A stretch of 64,000 nt of DNA. Source: Yuukianura sp. NJ FZ-2021. Lineage: Eukaryota. Shown piece after piece: positions 60,018 through 64,000 of the stretch. Each line of letters opens with the position of its first letter. Position 1 is the stretch's first letter. The notes under the pieces were generated by a model. The model was not told where the DNA came from, did no database searches, and saw only the letters and a list, made by a program, of their open reading frames with translations. The translations under genes were made by a program, and so were the position numbers. The stretch is from contig CM102283.1 of assembly GCA_046563655.1 (NCBI GenBank), positions 4,278,001 to 4,342,000 on the forward strand, in the 5' to 3' direction.

Positions 60018-63000
60018 ATGCCAACACGGGACGGAACTACGGCCGAAGAGACCCCTTTCCCCCCGGACAACGAGTCCTCCGAAGGCATTGGGAAACTCAT
60101 CAACTCCGGCACAGTGGACTCTGGCGTCTCTGGTGTCGGATTGGACGATTACTCTCTCCAACAACCAATCAGCACTCGAGGTCAAGGGTCACCTCGCAAC
60201 TTGGCCCTACATTTAGAGAAGCGCGTGGGGGAAGAGGGATTCGGTTTTTCTGTCATTTGGTCATGTCCACCTCAGTAAGTATTTCATTTCCTACTATTAT
60301 TACTTAATATTATATTAAGTATTAATTATTATTAGTATTTTTGCTACTTTATGGTTTTTAACCGTCTGTTTTGTCTGACTGTCTACTGATCACAATAAGT
60401 CTGGATTACAAGACCAATTTTGAATTTGTTTTCACAAATCAACTCCACATGCTATAAACTTTACCGGGTTATTCCTGGTTTTCATGTAAACAATTTCCGG
60501 GTCAAAGGTCAAAGTCGAACACAACTCAAGGAAAGACCGAAACAGAAGTTATTATCATTTTGTTGCGAAAAGCAACGTTGATGAAACAATGTTGTTAAAA
60601 CCACTATTAAAATTAGTTCCGGTTAAAATGGTTTTATTATTATTGCGGTGATAAATGAATGTATTAGAATTCACTGTTAGCTACTTTAAGTATTTATCGT
60701 GTCTGCCTGTCCGACGACAGCAATTACCTTTTTCCTTATTATTAATATTTTAGTTTATAAATTATTAATTATTAAGTTTATTATTATGTTTATTGAATTA
60801 GGTATTTGTTGAGTTGTACTATAGTAGTGAAAGTGGAGAAAGTACTTATTGTCTTGTTACGTAGGATTGGGCGTGTAGTGGAACGGACGGCAGCAGAGCG
60901 TGGTGGGTTGATGCGAGGAGACCTCATGACACGAGTCAACGGACACGACGTATCCAATCTTCCGAAAGACACAGTCATCGCACTCATGCAGTAAGTACAC
61001 ACATCATTTAGTACTTCCATTTGGTTCCACTTTCACCCTCACTTCTATCACTCTTCAAAAACACTGCCATTTGAATACGTTTTACAAAGTTAAGTATACT
61101 TTTCACATTATAATAACAATTTGTATAATTAATACCAGGAGCGTGTTCACAAGTGATTGATCATGTTATGCACTACATGTTTGCCCAAGGTTGAGCGCAT
61201 GATTCAAAATTGCATTCTGTAGAGTAAAGTGAAAGCTTCTCCCGTGATATTCAGTTGGTTGGGTGGAGTGACTTCTTTCCTTTTGTACAAACCAATCCAG
61301 AAACAACTCGATAAATTGAACAACTATTTTTAGTAGAGCGCATGCGCACCAAATTCTATTTTGACCAAAAAGTTAGTGACTTCCTGTCAGACTTGTTCAT
61401 TTTGACAAATTGTTTCAGTGCCTCTGGAGCATCGCTCAACCTGGAAGTTACGAGGGAATGCACAGAAAAGGTGGAAGGGAAGGAGGTGAATGCGCAGATG
61501 CCAAATGGAGTGTTGTGCCACCCAGGAATGAAAAGTCTGCCGCCAGTTTCAATTTTGAAACCATCGGCCCCACCACAACCATTCTCCACCCCTCAGATCA
61601 AGAAAGTCGGTGGGACCGGCGGCACTGCCTGGAAAATCCGATTCAATCTTGAGGTACGTGGGGCAATGTGAGACTAAACCTTTACTCGGCTGAAATGGCG
61701 ATGATTAATTGTGGGAATGCCGACGTAGGAAGACAAAAGGGCGAGAAAGTACGAAACTAACCATGTTATGTAAAATACTTTCCATTTTTTAGTATTTGGA
61801 GAAAGAAGAACAAGTAGTGAGGGAGTTCGTGATCACTGAACTCAAATTTTTCAGAAAAGTTGTAGCTGCTCTCGACAGGTGATCATAATTTATCCACAAA
61901 AAGAAGTTTTTTTTTGAAAAACAATTTTCAACCAAAATCAACATTGCGTGGATGTAGGTACTTGATACCAGCTCAGGCAAACTGCTTGTTGTCAAACGTT
62001 GAACTAAACGGAATATTTGGTCATGTTATCAAGGTAAACTTTAAAATTTTGAAATCACTTTTAGGCAAAGCATTTGAAATGAAACAAATCACTTTTGAAT
62101 TGGCAGATCATCACGATTACCAAGAGAATTCTGGAGTGTGTGTCCCATGGAGGGGGGCCTCTGGGGGAAGTACTGCTGCGCACGCACTCCGACCATGTAA
62201 GTATTTATATAGCTACCCAGATGTAAGTATTCACTAAAATGAGAGGTCAAAGGTTATGTCAGCGTTAAACCTTGAGCGTATTGCATTTCCAGATGCCTGA
62301 ACTCTTGGATGGATACAGTTCCTACGCAACGCATCTTGGAAGTTCTGCCACAATCTTGGCGGACAAGATGACCTTTCAACTTTTCGCCAAATTTGTACTG
62401 GAGACTCCTGTTCCCAAAGGTCATTTGGACATGACCTCGCTTCTTTTTGCTCCTCTGGAGGTCAGTTTTTAATTAACCAACTTAAACTGAAGTCACTTAA
62501 GCAATTGACACTTGAATCTCCCAAATCTAACCTGTTGTTCATAGCATCTGAGAAACCTGTGTGAGATATCTGAAGAGATTTTGCATTCCTCCCCCGAATG
62601 GAGTCCAATCGCCCAGGAACTGAAGGTCACTTTCAAAAAACCTCAAAATTGTGCCAAATTCAAAAAGGTTTTTGGATTTTCATTTCAAAATTTTGATATT
62701 AGGATTGTTACGGTGACATTGTTTGTGAAACGGACTTTATGGAGCCCATTTCTCACCTGAGCATGAAAAAGTCTCCGCTCCTATCCGTCAGACATCTCGA
62801 AAAACGAATTGTCTCTACACGGTTTCAAGTCAGTTGACCTTTGACCTTACATTTTTTCTTAAATTTTTTAAAGTAACACTTTGAATTGGATTTCAGGAGT
62901 TCAAAGTTTGTGAAAAGGGTCGTAAATGGTTATTTGGAAGTCGACTGTTTCGGAAGGAGAGTGACGGATCGTTTTCTGCCGTTTGGGCGTTTCTGTTTAC

Positions 63001-64000
63001 CGACATCCTCGTGCTGACTTCGCATCATACGACGCGTGACCGCGTCTTCTTCGTCAGAGACGCGCCGCTCAAGCTCCAGGACGTCACAACCCTCCATTTC
63101 AATGTACCTAAGAAACACGGTAATGATCAAAACGCTTTCTCACCTTCATTGTTCTCGCCTATCATCAATTGATTACAAATCAATCATAAATCATCTTCTA
63201 AACCACTTTTCTTATGAACTGATAACGAATTAACGCCATGTTTCAGAAAATGAATTCCGGTTGCTGTTTGGTCCGGAAGTGACTCCACCCCACTCCCGTC
63301 TCGATCGACTGCTAAAGAAAACGAAGAAGCCAAATCAGCTTATCCTTAGAACACCCAATAGTGAACTCAAAAACATTTGGAAACTGCTGCTCCAGAGACA
63401 AATGTGAGTCCAAAGTTTTTCACAAACTTAACAATTTTTTTTTCAAAAACTTTGAATATTAAATTTTGTGTTGAATAGCATCACACTGAACACCCGAATC
63501 TCAAAGTCATCGTCCTCGAATTTCTCCATTTCCGAATTCTGTGAAAAGTTTCCAGAGACTGTGCCTGTGGAAGACGAAAAGGAAGAAGTGAAATGTGAAG
63601 TTCAAGAAGAGGCACCGGATGCATCAGACAAATCAAGGATACCGTCCCAGGAAGAAGAGAGGCCAATTGATGAGCATGCGCATACCAGCGAAGCGAGTCC
63701 TGCGCATAGTACTGAAGAAATAGACGAGGTTGTGACAGTAGTGCCAAAAGACAAGAGTCCAGAGAAGGTTGTGGAAGGGGAGAAGGGGCCAGAGGGGGTT
63801 CGGAACAAGAAGAAGGTGGACCACAAGGACTCCCCCATGATCGGAGGAGGGAGTGAGGGACGGCGCAGACGCATTCTGGTAGACTACAAGGTCAGAGGTG
63901 ACTACCCCGAACTATTTGGAATCTCACCCAGAGACAGACGCTCTTTCATCAAGAGTCTGGGCCACAAAGTTGACCTGCGCACTGGAGACGAAGCTGAACT
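60018..64000 (+). CDS. PDZ + DH (RhoGEF) + PH domain protein, 3'-truncated by the window
   Basis: PDZ: EGFGFSV..PPQ|IGRV..AAERGGLMRGDLMTRVNGHDV. DH-like: VREFVITELKF..YLIP..IFG..YSSY..LLFAPLEHL. PH-like: WLFGSRL..VWAFLFTDILVL..LRTPNSELKNIWKLLL. An acidic tail is open to the window end. Confidence 0.8.

Overview
Eukaryotic genomic DNA with short GT-AG introns. A methuselah-like GPCR, a Ptp36E-like phosphatase and DINE-like elements point to an arthropod (inference). 1-17 kb is a transposon nest: a 349-bp satellite array carrying a ~1.9-kb TIR element that was tandemly duplicated, a young non-autonomous Ty3/Gypsy LTR element (4414-9037), a CCCT..AGG element with a nested hAT MITE, an LTR remnant interrupted by a TIR element holding a DINE/Helentron-like element, and a ~1.4-kb foldback palindrome. 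17-64 kb is gene-dense: Mth-like GPCR, RRP45/EXOSC9, an LC3/Atg8 ending in Gly, a kelch protein, two paralogous Cys-rich genes separated by an intact BEL/Pao element (31312-38230), a HEPN-TPR-Sel1 gene, a KIF17-like kinesin-2, a tandem-domain PTP and a PDZ-DH-PH protein that runs off the window. The most striking unexplained signal is in the Gypsy element: 17 same-strand stem-loops share the loop CNGWAGA on stems whose sequences differ but stay paired, including G-U pairs. This is a candidate multivalent RNA cis-element. Coordinates and exon structures were read by eye; no database searches were run.
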